The notes below the pieces were generated by a model. That model was not told where the DNA came from. It did not search any database and worked only from the letters and a program-made list of their open reading frames with translations. Shown one piece after another: positions 40,201 through 49,220 of a stretch of 64,000 nucleotides of DNA. Both the position numbers and the translations under genes were made by a program. Position 1 is the first letter of the stretch; the number at the start of each line of letters is the position of its first letter. Where the stretch lies: positions 66,442,788-66,506,787 of the forward strand of contig CM120640.1 in NCBI GenBank assembly GCA_051362555.1. Reading direction: 5' to 3'. This DNA comes from Lingula anatina. Taxonomy: Eukaryota; Animalia; Brachiopoda.

Positions 40201-43200
40201 ACACGAAGCCTACGACAAACGCACGCCCGGGTTGTTTAAAGCCGAGTGGGTCGGTGACGGTATCGTTGGTCTCTGTAGTAAGACGTACTACTGTTTCGGG
40301 GAAAACACCGACCCGAAATTTAGCTGCAAAGGGGTCAATAGAAATAGTAATAACATAGATAAAAGTAAGTATTTAGATGTACTTTTAAATAAACAAAGCG
40401 GTAGTGGCGTCAATAGGGGGATACGTTTATTTAACAATACTATGTATTCGTATCTTCAACACAGAGACGCCTTTAGTTATTTCTATTCTAAACGAAAAGT
40501 GCTAGAAGATGGAGTATCTACTGAACCCTTAGATATCTAGTGTCTTTTAAATAAAATATGTATACAAGGATCAGCGGTATTTATTTTTTCTTTTCAATGA
40601 CCTAATGCGCTTTACATACAAGGTCAGACGCACGGGCACCAAATGCGTTCTTCTGTGGATGTATAAAACTTCTCAAAAATATTTTCAAGAGGTTTCTAGC
40701 TCATGCAAGCCTTAGCGCATTCAGCTGTATATTCACAAACACGAGACGGGTGCGGGCGCACCAAATGCATTCTTCTGCGCATTTCTAGAAAAAAAGGGTT
40801 CCAAATTGCCCTTTCAATGAATAAATAATCCAAAAATTTTTTTCCGATAACTCCTGAAATTAAATATAGCTAAAAATAACCATACACTCCCCTCCTTTAC
40901 GCTTCTTTGCTCGCTACACAATTATTTAACAAAAAACCTTCTAGGTTTTATTGAATCGTCTTTAAAATTTGCTCGTCCCTCGTTTACACTAAAATGATTG
41001 TCATTAAAATTCGCTTGCAAAGCCTCCTTTCTGCTTCAGGGGTCACTAAGAAATTACATTGAAAGTACACTCCTCCTCAAAAGGTTCAAGGTTCACTAAA
41101 AAAATTACATTAAAAGTATATACCTCCTCCGAAAATGCAGGTTGAAAACCTCGTCTCTTACTACTAATGCATTCAGTGTCAAAATACATATAAAAAAAAT
41201 GGAAACACTATATCATCTAAACCAATTCTTTTAAGAAATAAAATAAAATAATATTAAAATATGCAGAATGTTTGTTTTTGGTATCCTCATTTAACGGAAA
41301 TTATCATATTGAATTCTAGTTTTGAATATTACTATCTCTTCCTGAAAACCATCCTTTCAGGATGATGATCATATGAGCTTACTTTGCCTATTCTCTTGAC
41401 CAATGGTGTAGTTTCATGGTAGTCGTAGGGAAATAATTCCACAGATCCTCCAGTTTCATAGTTCACAATTTTGTAGTCTGATGTTGTAGCAACACAGATT
41501 AGAGAACCATCTAAACCCTGTGATAATGAGAAACAAGTAAAATCAAATAAAAAGGAAGACAAAATGGTAAAAAATGGTGATTTAAAAATACACATTAAAA
41601 CACTACATACTAATCCTTCACAGATAACCTCCTATTCAGCTAAATGAATTAGAAAGGTGCTGGAAAATACTTCAAGCCAAGCTGAAACATAACTGGACAA
41701 TTCAAAGATTAATTTGCTTTTATTTTCAAAAATCTTGTATGCAACATAAATAAACATTTCAATGCAGTATACAACAACATCATGTACTTTTGAGCTGGCA
41801 ACTTACTATGTTGAGGGCAGGGTCACTGATGGAGACATCTTTTTCATGGTTCATTCTGTCTTCTGTTACTGTATAAAGCTGAACAACCTTCTTCTTCAGT
41901 GCCACACAAATCTGAAAGATCACTTTACATTTGGAATGGCAAGCAACATATTCTTATTATATAGAAATACCAAATGTTATCTGTGTTTAAGGCCCCAATA
42001 TAATTCATTATTACAGGAATCTACTGTGTTGATGAAAATGGAGGCACAAGTAACCCTTCCTAAAAGTTCCCTCCCACAAACCTCAAAACTCCAGCTCCAT
42101 CACATCTATCTATTCCACCTTCAGTTACATAAATCAAGCATAGATTTTGGTAAACTAGTACCTTAATCCTCACTTAGCCATCATTGTACACCAAATGTGA
42201 ACATGACTGTCTGAAAGGAGTGAATGGCTTAAATCAGTGTTACCTGAATGCTAAAAGGGTTGCTACGGTTTGGGTTCTCATTGAGACAAAATGATGTCAC
42301 ACCTTTGATTTTGGCACCAGTCATGATTGGCTGAAAGAATATCAAAATTAATTTTCATAAAGTTTGTAAGCTACTTTTTCTTATCACTGTTTGTACTTTT
42401 TCTTATAGCTAGCAACGAGATACTGTTAATTTTTAAAGAGTGCAAGTACTGAGGACTGTTAAGTTAATGATTTCAAATATTAACCTTAACTCCGGACTGT
42501 TATATTTATTAGTAATTTACTGTATATTTAAATCATCTTAAACATACCCTAACTAAATATATTTAATCTCTCCCTCTCCCCTCTCTCTCTCTCCACACGC
42601 ACCAAATATATCTAATACAATGAAACCCTGTTTAGAAATAAGTCCTTGGACTTTTGCAAATTGCAGATATCACATTCTTAAAAAAAAAAGATGCCCTCTA
42701 ACTGACCTCCAGGTCCAGCATGTTGAGCAGTGTCAGTGTATTGTCACATAGCACCAAGATTCTGGTCAGTGCTGAGGCAGCCTTTAGCTGGGTGATAGGT
42801 TTCTTCTACATGATGGAGGATAAGATAAGATATACAGTAACTATCCGATCTTTTTAATTGAGAAAAATTGTGAATTTTACAGACATTGTATTTTTAAGTC
42901 AAATATTTCTAAAAATTAGACCATTCTTCTTGAGTGGTTACTGTGGTAGCAACAAAATTAAAAAGCAGGCTACTCTATAGTTCTATTCTACGCAGTAAAA
43001 GCACCAGATATGCTATATAGACATATAATTTTTGTGATTATAAAATGTATCTGAAAGTTTGATAATTTTTGCCCATTGAAAATATTGAGTTATTACAGTA
43101 TTAACCAACAATTTAAAGAACGAAAAGGAAATCCGGAAATGTGCCATTGTAAAAAACAACCAAAACATATAAATTGGCACAAATAATGTAAAGCATTTAT

Positions 43201-45575
43201 TATATCTTACAAGTTTTTAAAATAGTCAAGCCATTTTCATGATTCCTTTATATGACAAATGAATACTTCTTACCACTCCAAGATATTTATGCCCCAGCTT
43301 CTTGCTTTCATAACCTGTTTTACCATTTGGAAGGGTTTTCTCCTCTAGTTTGTAATGGATAACAAAACTGCAATTAAAACAGTACAAATAAAAGAATAAA
43401 TGATTCATGGAATTAAGCATTTCACCAATTTATAAAAAAAAGCATCCTGTTTAAGTATATAATAAAACTTAATCCTACTACTCTGAAGTATCAAATAAAC
43501 GTACCGGTACGTTAATTAATTTTCCAAATTTCTTCCCGCCGGTACGCTCCATTTTCACCCAGTACGCTTATTAATTTTTCAAAAATCTTCCACCCGGCAT
43601 GTTTATTAAATACATATTGTACCGGTGGGAAATTACACAAGTACAAGTCACGCTTTTTATTTTCTTAAATTGAAGTATAATGAGAAGAAAATTGAGATTT
43701 CAACTCATTACCGACTGTTCTACCAACAGCACTGGAAAGTAGGTCAAGCGGAAGTCGCTCTCTGAACACAACAGTACATGCGTCACCTGATTTCAGTTCC
43801 TATAAATAGACGTGCTTTCCCTTCAACAGTGACAACTACTCATGTACATCGATCGAATGATGCAATGTCGCAAGGTGATAGGATCATATTTATAGCTAAG
43901 GAGGTCATTTCAAGTGCAGCAAAGAAGTTGTGCCTGTTTTCAAACGTCAATTATTTCATGCCGATTTATGATTTAAACGATGTTAAATCACATTTCTATG
44001 TAAGATAAACCCTTAGGAGTTTACAGGTATGCAAAACGAACCTTATATCTGAGAATAAATTTACTATGAATAACGTCTCCGTATGGCTCTCGGAGGCGGC
44101 TTAGGTGCGACATATCTGGGTCTTCGGCCCCTGACGATTATGAAATTTAACTCATGGCAAATATATATATATATATATTAAGATAAATTATAATACTGAG
44201 TGAATTTTACCTGGTGAATTTTTTTTTTTTTACAATGATCAATAGCTAGCTTTTTTCTTTCTCTTCTTCTTCTTTACTTTTATTTATTTATTTCATTTTT
44301 TTTTGGGGGGGGGGGGGAGTGGTGCAAAGGTTTTTTCCACCCAGTACTTTTATTCCATCCAGTACTTTTATTAAATTTCGAGATTTTTTACACCCAGTAC
44401 TTTTATTCCATCAGTACTTTTATTAAATTTTGAGATTTTTTCCACCCAGTACTTTTATTCCATCAGTTCTTTTATTCGATACCTCAGAGTACATACAAAC
44501 CCTGCCTGCGCACATCATAAGTTCCACAGCAGTGAGCTGTCAGGTCTGTTTCACAAAAAAGTCTTTAAGTTTTTGGACTAAAATCTTAGCTTATATAGAC
44601 TTAGCTAAGTTGCATTTGGCATAATCTCTCTCAAAGGCAGCTCATTTCCTTTTGTCAGTCTTTTGACTCAGCCCCTTGAACAAATTCTGATTGTCTTGAA
44701 TAGGTTTAAAGAATTAGACAAGCAGATGAATATCACCTTACTCACAGCTCTGTTGATAGGGAAACTGGTTGGCTTTACAGCAGTGTGTAAGTTGAGGAGG
44801 TGAGAGGTAAGATGAGAGGTTAAAATTTGAGAGCTCCACACTGCACCTGGTTTGGAAACTGGTGTTCATTTTATACTTTTTGAGGCCTTTGTTTTGATGC
44901 GATAGCACAGCATATCAAAATTGTCAATAGGAGTGCAAATGCATGAATTTTATGCTAAGTTGATGCTCACCACACAACAGCTACTTACAACAGTGAGATG
45001 AAACTTGATCTACTAGCTGTTAACATTTCTTGAGATTTAGTAATAAAAAGTGTCATCTAAATAAATTTTTGGGTAAGTAAATTCAATCTTGGCAGCCTAT
45101 TCTACAGTATACTCTTGGTATTTTACTCACCAACTGTCTGTTCCAATATATAAATTCTTACCACAGCAGTCTATGCACTCAATCTGAAAAACGAAAAAAA
45201 TAAAGAGTGTGACATACATGTACTTCTAAGAGTATTCATTACTATACTAGTTCATGTACATGCATGTACTCATAGGTACAAGTACTACATACTCTTTCAC
45301 GCTTCAATCACAGAAAATATAGTCGCTGTTACCGTCTGCAAGTCTGCAGCACGCCAGTTAGAAAAAAACTTTCTTTATCAGAACAGTCAGAGTCTCCGAG
45401 TGAAACAAACTGAGTGACCAACAAGATACTGCAAAAACTGTGGAAGGCTTCAGATCAGGCCTACAGGGTGATTAAGTTCCCATGCAATGCGCTCTCTCTT
45501 CCCGTCTATCATATCCAGTAGTGGTTCTTTAGACGTGTATTGACAGATACAGATACAGTAACATTAAAATGCAAG

Positions 45576-45629
<54 letters not shown>

Positions 45630-45785
45630 CGTAATTCACGTGTAATAAGGGGGGGGGGGGGGGGGGCATTTCGTCTTATTGCAATCTAAATAAGACGGCA
45701 CCGGCCGAGATACACCCACCTTTTGCTTTGATAAAAATTTGTCCCGTTCCACAGCCGGGACCAGCTCAAACGCCTTGACACTCAT
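19220..45785 (-). CDS. TGFBRAP1: TGF-beta receptor-associated protein 1 / VPS3 homolog (CNH domain, CORVET subunit), ~21 coding exons
   Basis: Starts MSVKAFELVPAVER (45720-45785). Further exons: IECIDCCGKNLYIGT (45131-45183), KKPITQLKAASALTRILVLCDN (42707-42805), LFPY..PLVKRIGK (41383-41517), EEFLLSAP..NDEFITVHS (~26379-26539), LDQQQKQAVPF, LISIYPNLLPASSNFTRS, EIDTALLKLYAE, LQLLPENWSV, final CAVC..FVRYPNG..HVHCA (stop 19220). Colinear with vertebrate TGFBRAP1 as I recall it. Internal exon limits are approximate. Confidence 0.92.
21379..23118 (-). mobile_element. Non-autonomous Helentron-type element (HINE/DINE-1-like), copy 1, intronic
   Basis: 13-bp subterminal inverted repeats (TTGTACCACCAGC), a 5' hairpin, a 3' stem-loop (AGAGGCGgtatCGCCTCT), a CTAG-TT end, and ~4 internal 146-bp tandem units. 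Confidence 0.8.
23701..23757. repeat. (ATATT)n microsatellite
   Basis: About 11 perfect pentamer units next to a TGFBRAP1 splice acceptor. Confidence 0.95.
26663..27156 (+). repeat. Polinton left TIR (~494 bp)
   Basis: Reverse complement of 40680-41165; contains an internal ~50-bp direct duplication near 26700-26790. Confidence 0.93.
27160..28065. repeat. Imperfect ~250-bp tandem repeats inside the Polinton (3 units plus a partial)
   Basis: Core (a)gcggtctg.gcc...catgc recurs at ~27168, 27423, 27673, 27922 and 28024. Confidence 0.85.
29175..29810 (+). promoter_or_regulatory. 68/58-bp tandem array with GGAATATTCC palindromes, flanking AP-1 sites and TATA box upstream of the ATPase
   Basis: TCTGGAATATTCC at 29186, 29406, 29474, 29542, 29600, 29668, 29726; TGAGTCA at 29175; TGACTCA at 29782; TATAAA at 29804. 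The repeat is seen directly; the regulatory role is inferred. Confidence 0.6.
30026..30672 (+). CDS. Polinton packaging ATPase (A32/FtsK-like), split by a -1 frameshift
   Basis: The ATG 30026 frame gives Walker A GPSGAGKT, then stops at 30125-30127. The -1 frame carries Walker B LLILDD, SHHNN and PYSYLFID. Confidence 0.9.
30709..31029 (+). CDS. Small basic conserved Polinton protein
   Basis: ORF track 30688 starts at GTG; first ATG at 30709. The LIRNLCNLASNLL..LT..ERNKL..SLKIKKKIL pattern is typical of the small ORF following Polinton ATPases. Confidence 0.7.
   Translation: MKSESTNTFMPHLNFLSIADRRLTKSVIENSPNTLIRNLCNLASNLLRNTEYRLTAQERNKLSHLKSLVLKLVEKQRSLKIKKKILAKNPSLVKAIVQPVLRHVSV
31016..31690 (+). 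CDS. Conserved Polinton hypothetical protein (224 aa)
   Basis: KKMVII..RIKLY..ILESIP..KA..L..YDDRGSLIYDG..NIIDLI..PAGW..F..L..INLP..LI.N pattern seen in Polinton ORFs; AATAAA near 31725. Confidence 0.75.
   Translation: MSAFKKMVIIDETELNALRRKSNADYSPLQDEVLRKQNELSSVMQREDLPFDKRIKLYNELQNEYMQVARKKQPISVTIENTPTSANDPTENAEPSKRFIDTQILESIPARMRNKANNMLRLLAKHPTLLSYDDRGSLIYDGETIQNTNIIDLISELYVSRKRKFTPAGWSIFLKGLKRINLPSTLISNTLRREEFLSLPSHTSKNKKKPQTGMGNKFTSFNIY
31748..32242 (-). CDS. Adenain-like cysteine (maturation) protease
   Basis: GEHWV (His), FFDSYG (Asp), LQ....VCGYY (Gln/Cys); ATG at 32242. Confidence 0.92.
   Translation of the reverse strand: MNNRQLDCIMKSDPISCKHFIGVFSSDTLPQYISTYPAGLVVNTAKYHEIGEHWVSIYVSNDGSAEFFDSYGRHPSYYDNNFTRFLNNNSTRGWSYNSKVLQDPLSVVCGYYTIYFLSQRFRGKTMREISANFSNDTNFNDYVVYDFVNRNFIVSPRYCKSQLK
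32245..33552 (-). CDS. Double jelly-roll major capsid protein
   Basis: 435-aa ORF with ELDLF, PVNNTLHSLFSNVEV.LNG, YAYRAYLE.LL, LLLNNVD.RIKL.R, NPFNF and FGFDLSPD motifs of Polinton MCP. Confidence 0.9.
   Translation of the reverse strand: MERVVRTELDLFSNIRDAFQVQIEHSSVEELRPVNSVTDTSPVIEFLIVGNADEYIDPNNIVLYLETQVVKNDFSDIDIGQDTAPVNNTLHSLFSNVEVELNGTVITESNNTYAYRAYLENLLFHGSSAKKSWLTNEAWYTDTPGLFDLTDVSGDPANEGLKRRYSLFQRSRKCEMMGKIKCDFFQQPKLLLNNVDIRIKLRRSEHSFCLMSGTTSKDEKMLIKNISLFARRVKVSSRLKAAHETMLMNNVACYPIMRREVKIINIPNNVRSAFLDNIYMSKIPRRIFMGMVMDASLSGQYDLNPFNFKHQNLRSLRLTVAGEQIPLKPYNLDFDTNEGLNYIRPFNDLVSTIEPEEADRDVSLSREAFTAGNTIFGFDLSPDQSHQPYSSPMRQGSLGVSLEFTKPINNSVLVVFAEFDSVIKIDNRRSVYTEP
33558..33860 (-). CDS. 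Small Lys/Arg-rich Polinton protein (putative core/DNA-condensing)
   Basis: YYQNQAGEG...QKGGG N-terminus followed by a highly basic tail; located between penton and MCP. Confidence 0.7.
   Translation of the reverse strand: MDPVYTALLKYYQNQAGEGIINKFHGRQKGGGARHAVVLRIGEKPARHSKEKTRKRKLYVSSDVITKTMNGMSIKKDVKAKKARRVKKRTTKHISAKTNF
33863..34591 (-). CDS. Minor capsid protein (penton, single jelly-roll)
   Basis: FHITLPSNSS..FP.N..FRTKL..YEVALTEI; LYVYTDII.PQLVGD..A.LLRIVP; LHFRR C-terminus. Confidence 0.88.
   Translation of the reverse strand: MASSFHITLPSNSSFNFFPGNRPEAFRTKLSSSLYLQGQYEVALTEILYCKTWNNVENSSLNYFDGQKPQTLRLSNGYYPHVNDLLTAIHNGMSAQGQINIRFAFNIITKKVTVHLKAGASVHFSGSIGNMLGFDNVNVSEDTTATKPANTTDDFDSLYVYTDIIKPQLVGDTSANLLRIVPIKGEFGETITHSFDSPIYVPLISNELSTIKIHITDDTGKFVQFQGRKTVETLHFRRKNLL
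34631..35737 (-). CDS. Retroviral-type (rve) DDE integrase with C-terminal chromodomain
   Basis: WQADL, IDIFSKFAW, LQSDAGTEF, VERLNRTLK; chromo-like YRVEKFL..EYFVKWQGWPSKFNSWVP. ATG at 35737 (the ORF track starts at TTG). Confidence 0.95.
   Translation of the reverse strand: MKRRQAGKSKGQTDDYLKKIYYDPSNPASFGSALKLYEATRRDQKKIGLKQIKEFLAKQDTYTLHANVRKRFRTNRVLVGRTDQQWQADLADLGKISKYNKGYKYLLTVIDIFSKFAWAVAIKTKTADSVLEAFKKILSEGRKPAILQSDAGTEFTNRKFQAYLKEQGISFFTTKSERKSSVVERLNRTLKSKFFKYFTANSTLTYIHALDQLLTGYNAAKHRSIGMSPTEASKEKNSDAVWNKLYGGKKLEKPKFKFNVGDTVRLSKHRSPFAKGYEQGWTQELFTITQRLNRSPPVYKVADYDGEEIEGVMYGPEMIRVVKKDDVYRVEKFLKARGKGKSKEYFVKWQGWPSKFNSWVPASRVKTV
35749..36234 (-). CDS. Single-BIR-domain (inhibitor-of-apoptosis-like) protein
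   Basis: R..SF.NWP, LA.SGFY, D.V.CFNC...L.DWD, EH.RHSPHC: the complete BIR Cys-Cys-His-Cys zinc ligand set. Confidence 0.88.
   Translation of the reverse strand: MDDSKVFTDCVPEDKPLFFRTPYCKEEDRILSFLNWPGKLLINPIPLAISGFYRDQDASNTDDAVLCFNCRVSLRDWDPLRDAVDVEHERHSPHCTMNTVEKRLANPLNVPLTPEKRRELVQLFVADERKPKYTPSTVKTLLNIGFDEVDKNPMQRTYRLF
36285..36410 (+). promoter_or_regulatory. Divergent promoter between BIR and pPolB
   Basis: CCAAT at 36288 and 36316, TTTGAA at 36306, TATATAAAA near 36346, strong Kozak context ACCATGG at 36401-36407. Confidence 0.5.
36404..40540 (+). CDS. Protein-primed family B DNA polymerase (1378 aa) with N-terminal C2H2 zinc fingers and internal VSR-like nuclease insertion
   Basis: Exonuclease motifs FDIE, FNSGHYD, YNNKDV; polymerase motifs YDANALY, KLIGNSGYGK, MDTDS; two N-terminal C2H2 fingers; VDGF..YHGCYFHGH..EMWECEW insert. 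Confidence 0.97.
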   Translation: MAQYKCEVCGASFDRVDNLKRHRLTHTKEKHVACPECGKTFARRDNMNRHLRLHPGTSTSSSEEPEASSAVKRPRIQRGSGAADRVVMPDNLLPPDVDPSVAEAYGSHWNSIRTRSSRGNKLQDWYNIRLTTLQPDALRDDLERILEDQRTAFKINVSYGFFLRNNETGQLRYYHPSSNNHCFLEAPAVIRHRQDLDGFFHNITARDVLECARQERPNSKWVVDSVTNATFYVTKLKGHPIGCGIDLPSFVLKNKGLVALQKNNRGKTYRDNLCLFRCLALHKGSSVRGLETTTKKLFDKYRESKRKCKHKGFQGVALHRLHKVEDLFEVNIVVYELQQNEDGDVFAELVRRSTGKHKDTMSLNVHENHFSYISDVDKYCRSFCCSRCSKMFKSKWSLQRHERTCDVLVEHRFPGKAYAPQPTVFDLLEDEGIFVPEEDRYYRYRATFDIECLLPRTEEPQHSEKLSLEHEHRFLSVSVCSNVPGHTKPECIVSEDNPALAVQQFLEILQNISRAAEKLLTNKFAWIFEKLNEKIDQNIQKTIQESEVMEEDEETLTNKHYLSKLSRRFSQYLMELPVLGFNSGHYDLNAMKTLFFPLLLDTLKFVVKRNNNFMVLKSERLKILDICNYLAPGCSYSQFLKAFECAESKGFFPYEWMDSLDKLECASLPPREAFYSKLKQSNITEEDYALCQRVWHENQMQTMRDFLEWYNNKDVEPMLEAVDKMFAFYLERGIDMFKDGISVPGLTLKYLFQNVGDAFFTLFDDKHSDLYYLLKNAIVGGPSIIFHRYHERNKTFLRKATSEAPKLCKKIVGYDANALYLWCLMQPMPTGTFIRRREESEYTREYSHPRGREATLWLDWVARSSNIRIRHQFNGTEKRVGYRQLPVDGFCRETQTVYQYHGCYFHGHRCHLNRNKDGTYKEINDTKKVTMESLRIETEINSEYIRECGYDLVEMWECEWKKLQRESEEVKHFVTQYTLPTEHKYRLTFGEILDAIRNDNLFGFVECDVEVPPELRPKFSEMPPIFKNTTVSRDDIGPFMKRFAEENRIMSVPRRSLIGSFFGEKIVLATPLLKWYLNHGLRVTRIHQVVEYTPKACFEHFGNSVSDARREGDRDKTKAIVADTMKLIGNSGYGKTVTNKEKHRDVQYCGEAKASQKVNSHRFRRLDKICENAYEVELNKKIIKFDLPLQIGVMVYQYAKLRMLEFYYDFMLKFVDPSDFQYCEMDTDSAYIAFSAESLEEVVKPHMRAQYKAEKHLWFPRTDTPEHEAYDKRTPGLFKAEWVGDGIVGLCSKTYYCFGENTDPKFSCKGVNRNSNNIDKSKYLDVLLNKQSGSGVNRGIRLFNNTMYSYLQHRDAFSYFYSKRKVLEDGVSTEPLDI
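40680..41165 (-). repeat. Polinton right TIR (~486 bp)
   Basis: Reverse complement of the left TIR, ending ACTACT before the TSD. Confidence 0.93.
43481..44489. mobile_element. Non-autonomous TA-flanked DNA transposon (Tc1/mariner-like), ~1 kb
   Basis: TA-CTCTGAAGTATCAAATAAA ... TTTATTCGATACCTCAGAG-TA inverted ends; subterminal CCCAGTACTTTTATT repeats. Confidence 0.65.
45578..45629. repeat. (AG)n microsatellite
   Basis: Direct observation. Confidence 0.95.
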
Positions 45786-47306
45786 GTTGTGTGCTTGCTG
45801 TATGTGCCTGCATCTGTCACCATCAAACAATCCCCGATGCGGTATATTTAATTAGATAAGGAGATAACAGTTTCTGTGTCTTCGGTAGATCACCAGTCCA
45901 TCCTTGCAGAGCTAGAAGTTCATGTCACAGTTAGTTTACATCAAAATGATTTTGGCAGTATTCAACCTTACAATAAAGTTTTTTCTATCTTTGCTTTTTT
46001 CAAGAATAAAATATAAATAATTCAATATGAGGACGTTGTATGACCAGCTGATAAACCTGACGTGTCCTAAAAACGAAAGACAGATAAAATGCATTGTATT
46101 CTTTGTCACAACTAACACACTTTCAACGCTTTTCATATTCTGAGGTGGTTGGGGAGGGGAGGTCCTTCAAGCTACGAATTTTCAAAATTAGAAAGGAGAT
46201 TAAGTTTAAAGGGGTATAAATTATGACGCGGACAATTAAATTGCTTTTTCAACGATGAAGCATTTGAAAATTAAGGTAAATGGCCATAAACCAAAGTTCT
46301 TTCTCCTGTTCTTTCTCCTTCATGTCTGACATAAAGGTAGACCTACTACAAGGCCTATTTCGCCGGACTCGCTAGGATTTAATCATTACAGCTCTAGTTC
46401 ATGTTGTGTATTGCGTTTTGTTTAAAGGTACATACGAACCGAGCATCGGTGGAGCGTGGATTCCCAGTAACACATGTAAACCACTTCTACTAGTTTCTTA
46501 TACGACTCTAATAAATTCGACATGCCAAGGGATAAACTGAATAAATCACCCGATCAGCCATAAAAGAGCTTTAGAGTGCTCCTTTCTTTAAATTTTTGGT
46601 TGTCAATTTAACCTACTTTCGTGGCCTACTTTTCTGCCCCATTGACATAGGCCCTACAGCATAGAATGCTAGCAGAAAAATCTGTTCAAACATCACTTTC
46701 CGGTAAAATTAAAAAAATGCCTTTTGGTAATTCTCTTAGTTAACTACTTGAAACTATATGCTGGCATTTGGTTGGTTTTTATGACAAAAAAATTGACTTT
46801 GTATGTATCTTTAAGGAAGAATCCCTCTAGTTACCTTTGTAAAAAAGATATGGTGGCACCATATTATTGTCGGTCTGATGTACTGTAGGGTTCATTCATT
46901 ATACCGTATAGGCCTATGGGTATTAAATAATTCATGTTTGTTTATGAGCAAAATCAGGAAGTTCGTATTGTAAAGGAGAATCATTTCGTAAGAACGTAGG
47001 TGCAGCCTAAACAGGGCAACCTTTATCTATTTCTCATTCCTGTCCTTTCTGTTAGAGGACTAGAAGTAAAGAATAAAGGTGAGTGGTCGCACGACGACTA
47101 TAATATACAATTGTTTAAGGATTTTAAGAACATTTGAAAAGCAATTCCATGATTCATGCATTACTCATAATGTTGTATAACATTTTATATAGGCCCTACA
47201 GTAGTTCAGTGTAAGAAAAATGTTTACTAAATTAAATACACCTGTTCCATTCTTCTTATCGGGAAAGTGAAGAATGTTGGAGACATGTAATTGCACATTA
47301 CCTCTT

Positions 47307-47481
47307 CGGGGCTGTAGCGATAGTCCGAAGGTTCAATAGTCCGAAGGTTCATTGGTCCGAATGTTCACTATAGAACCTTCGGACCAATGAACCCTTGATT
47401 AAAAAGTCGATGAAAACGTTACCACTTTTCGGACCAATGAACCTTCGGACCAATGAACCTTCGGACTATCGTGACGCCCCC
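47307..47481. mobile_element. 175-bp MITE built from 16-bp units, copy 1
   Basis: Long TIRs made of GTCCGAAGGTTCATTG units; 7-bp TSD ACCTCTT. Confidence 0.8.
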
Positions 47482-48861
47482 ACCTCTTTAATGGCTATTT
47501 TACTTTTTTGAATAAGTATTTATGTTACATTAGGTACATTAGGCCTATGTTTAGCTATCAGCTTGTACTGTGCGAATCGACCGTTTTGTAGCCTATAGGT
47601 AGGCCTATAGATTTGAAAAAGAAGAACAAGAAAATGTAAAAATTGGTTTGAAAAAGTGAAAAATGTATAAGTTATACCTGTATGTATCGGCACCTTTTTC
47701 GAGAAATGATTGTTAAAAGGAACTTATACTAATATTAGGCCTACTGGTAGGCCTACATGTATCGCACTGGATCCGCCCGTGATTTTACTGGGGTATACAC
47801 TGAAGCATCTGCATTACAAAACAATATAATGCACATAAATGAAGTGGATGATGAAATATGATACTGTAGGCTACGTCAAGTCACAAAAGGACACGTATCC
47901 AGCACCGTTCGTGATGAATCTATTTCAGGCATACCAGGGCGTAGCCAAGGCATCGCAGCATATTTAGAGCTTGCGTGTGAAGAAAAAAAAAAGATCAATA
48001 GCACTACAAAATGATGTAAGTTGTTTTATACTTTTTATTTTGTCGGGGTTCCCCGTGATTGAGTCGAATTATTACCCTCTAGCAGTCATATCATTTCCAC
48101 AAGCGCTGTAAGATACATTATTATGCACACACGTCGAGCAAAATTACTGCTGATCGATACTGCCGTGTACAGGTCACATGTAATATGAAATCGGTGACAT
48201 ACTTTCGAACGAGACTCACACATAACAATGCTAAGACCCAGGTGAGCCTGAGCACAATGTAAGGTGTAAATATATTGCAAGTCGCCATTGCTCAAGATCA
48301 ATATATTGCGCAGCAGGATATTACGCAGGTGAGTGTCAGGGTGAGGTAAACGTGAGACATTTTATGTAGGACCTTACACTGCTTCATTACAGCATAGGAT
48401 AACCTTTGAAAAATTGGAAGAATATGTGAGATGTGTTTTGGTGTTAACACGTTTATTAAAATGTGTAGCATGAAAATCCATGCGTTAGGACTTGTTTTTT
48501 CGTTTTCTCCTATGCGTGCTGACCGTTATTTCACAGTTATGTGCACATTATGTCATACACCCTTTATAGTTTAAAAGTTATACTAGTATATACCTGTATC
48601 AGAAAATGTAATTAGGAGTCATAGAGCATGAAACTTCGTGATAGAAAACGTGAAAGGTGAATCTTAATGGATAGTCCTCGCTGTCAATAAAGAAGAATAA
48701 TTTTAAATGTATATTGTACGCGTTTGAATATATCCAAATGTTACATTTTCTACGTATCATTCGAGGCTACTATAGTCTTTCATACATGTAATTCAGCCTT
48801 TAAAAACAGTAAAACCCCTCATATAAAAGTACCAAATGTCAACAGTTCCTCCTGAATTGTA

Positions 48862-49220
48862 CGGGGCCGTAGCGATAGTCCGAAGGTTCAAAATCCGAAG
48901 GTTCATTGGTCCGAATGTTCACTATAGAACCTTCGGACCAATGAACCCTTGATTAAAAAATCGATGAAAATGTTACCACTTTTCGGACCAATGAACCTTC
49001 GGACCAATGAACCTTCAGACTATCGAGACGCCCGCACTTGTACATGGGGGCCGTAGCAGTAGTCCGAAGGTTCAATAGTCCGAAGGTTCATTGGTCCGAA
49101 AGTTCACTACAGAACCTTCGGACCAATGAACCCTTGATTAAAAAACCGATGAAAATGTTACCGTTTTTCGGACCAATGAACCTTCGGACCAATGAACCTT
49201 CGGACTATCGAGACGCCCCC
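48862..49220. mobile_element. Two adjacent copies of the same MITE (48862-49035 and 49046-49220)
   Basis: TSDs AATTGTA/ACTTGTA and TGTACAT/TGTACAT; a decayed fourth copy lies at ~49770-49918. Confidence 0.8.

Larger units (their letters stand above)
26663..41165. mobile_element. Complete Polinton/Maverick (adintovirus-like) element, 14,503 bp
   Basis: AGTAGT...ACTACT termini, 6-bp TSD AATGCA (26657-26662 and 41166-41171), long TIRs, and a full gene set (pPolB, rve integrase, ATPase, protease, major and minor capsid). Confidence 0.97.
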
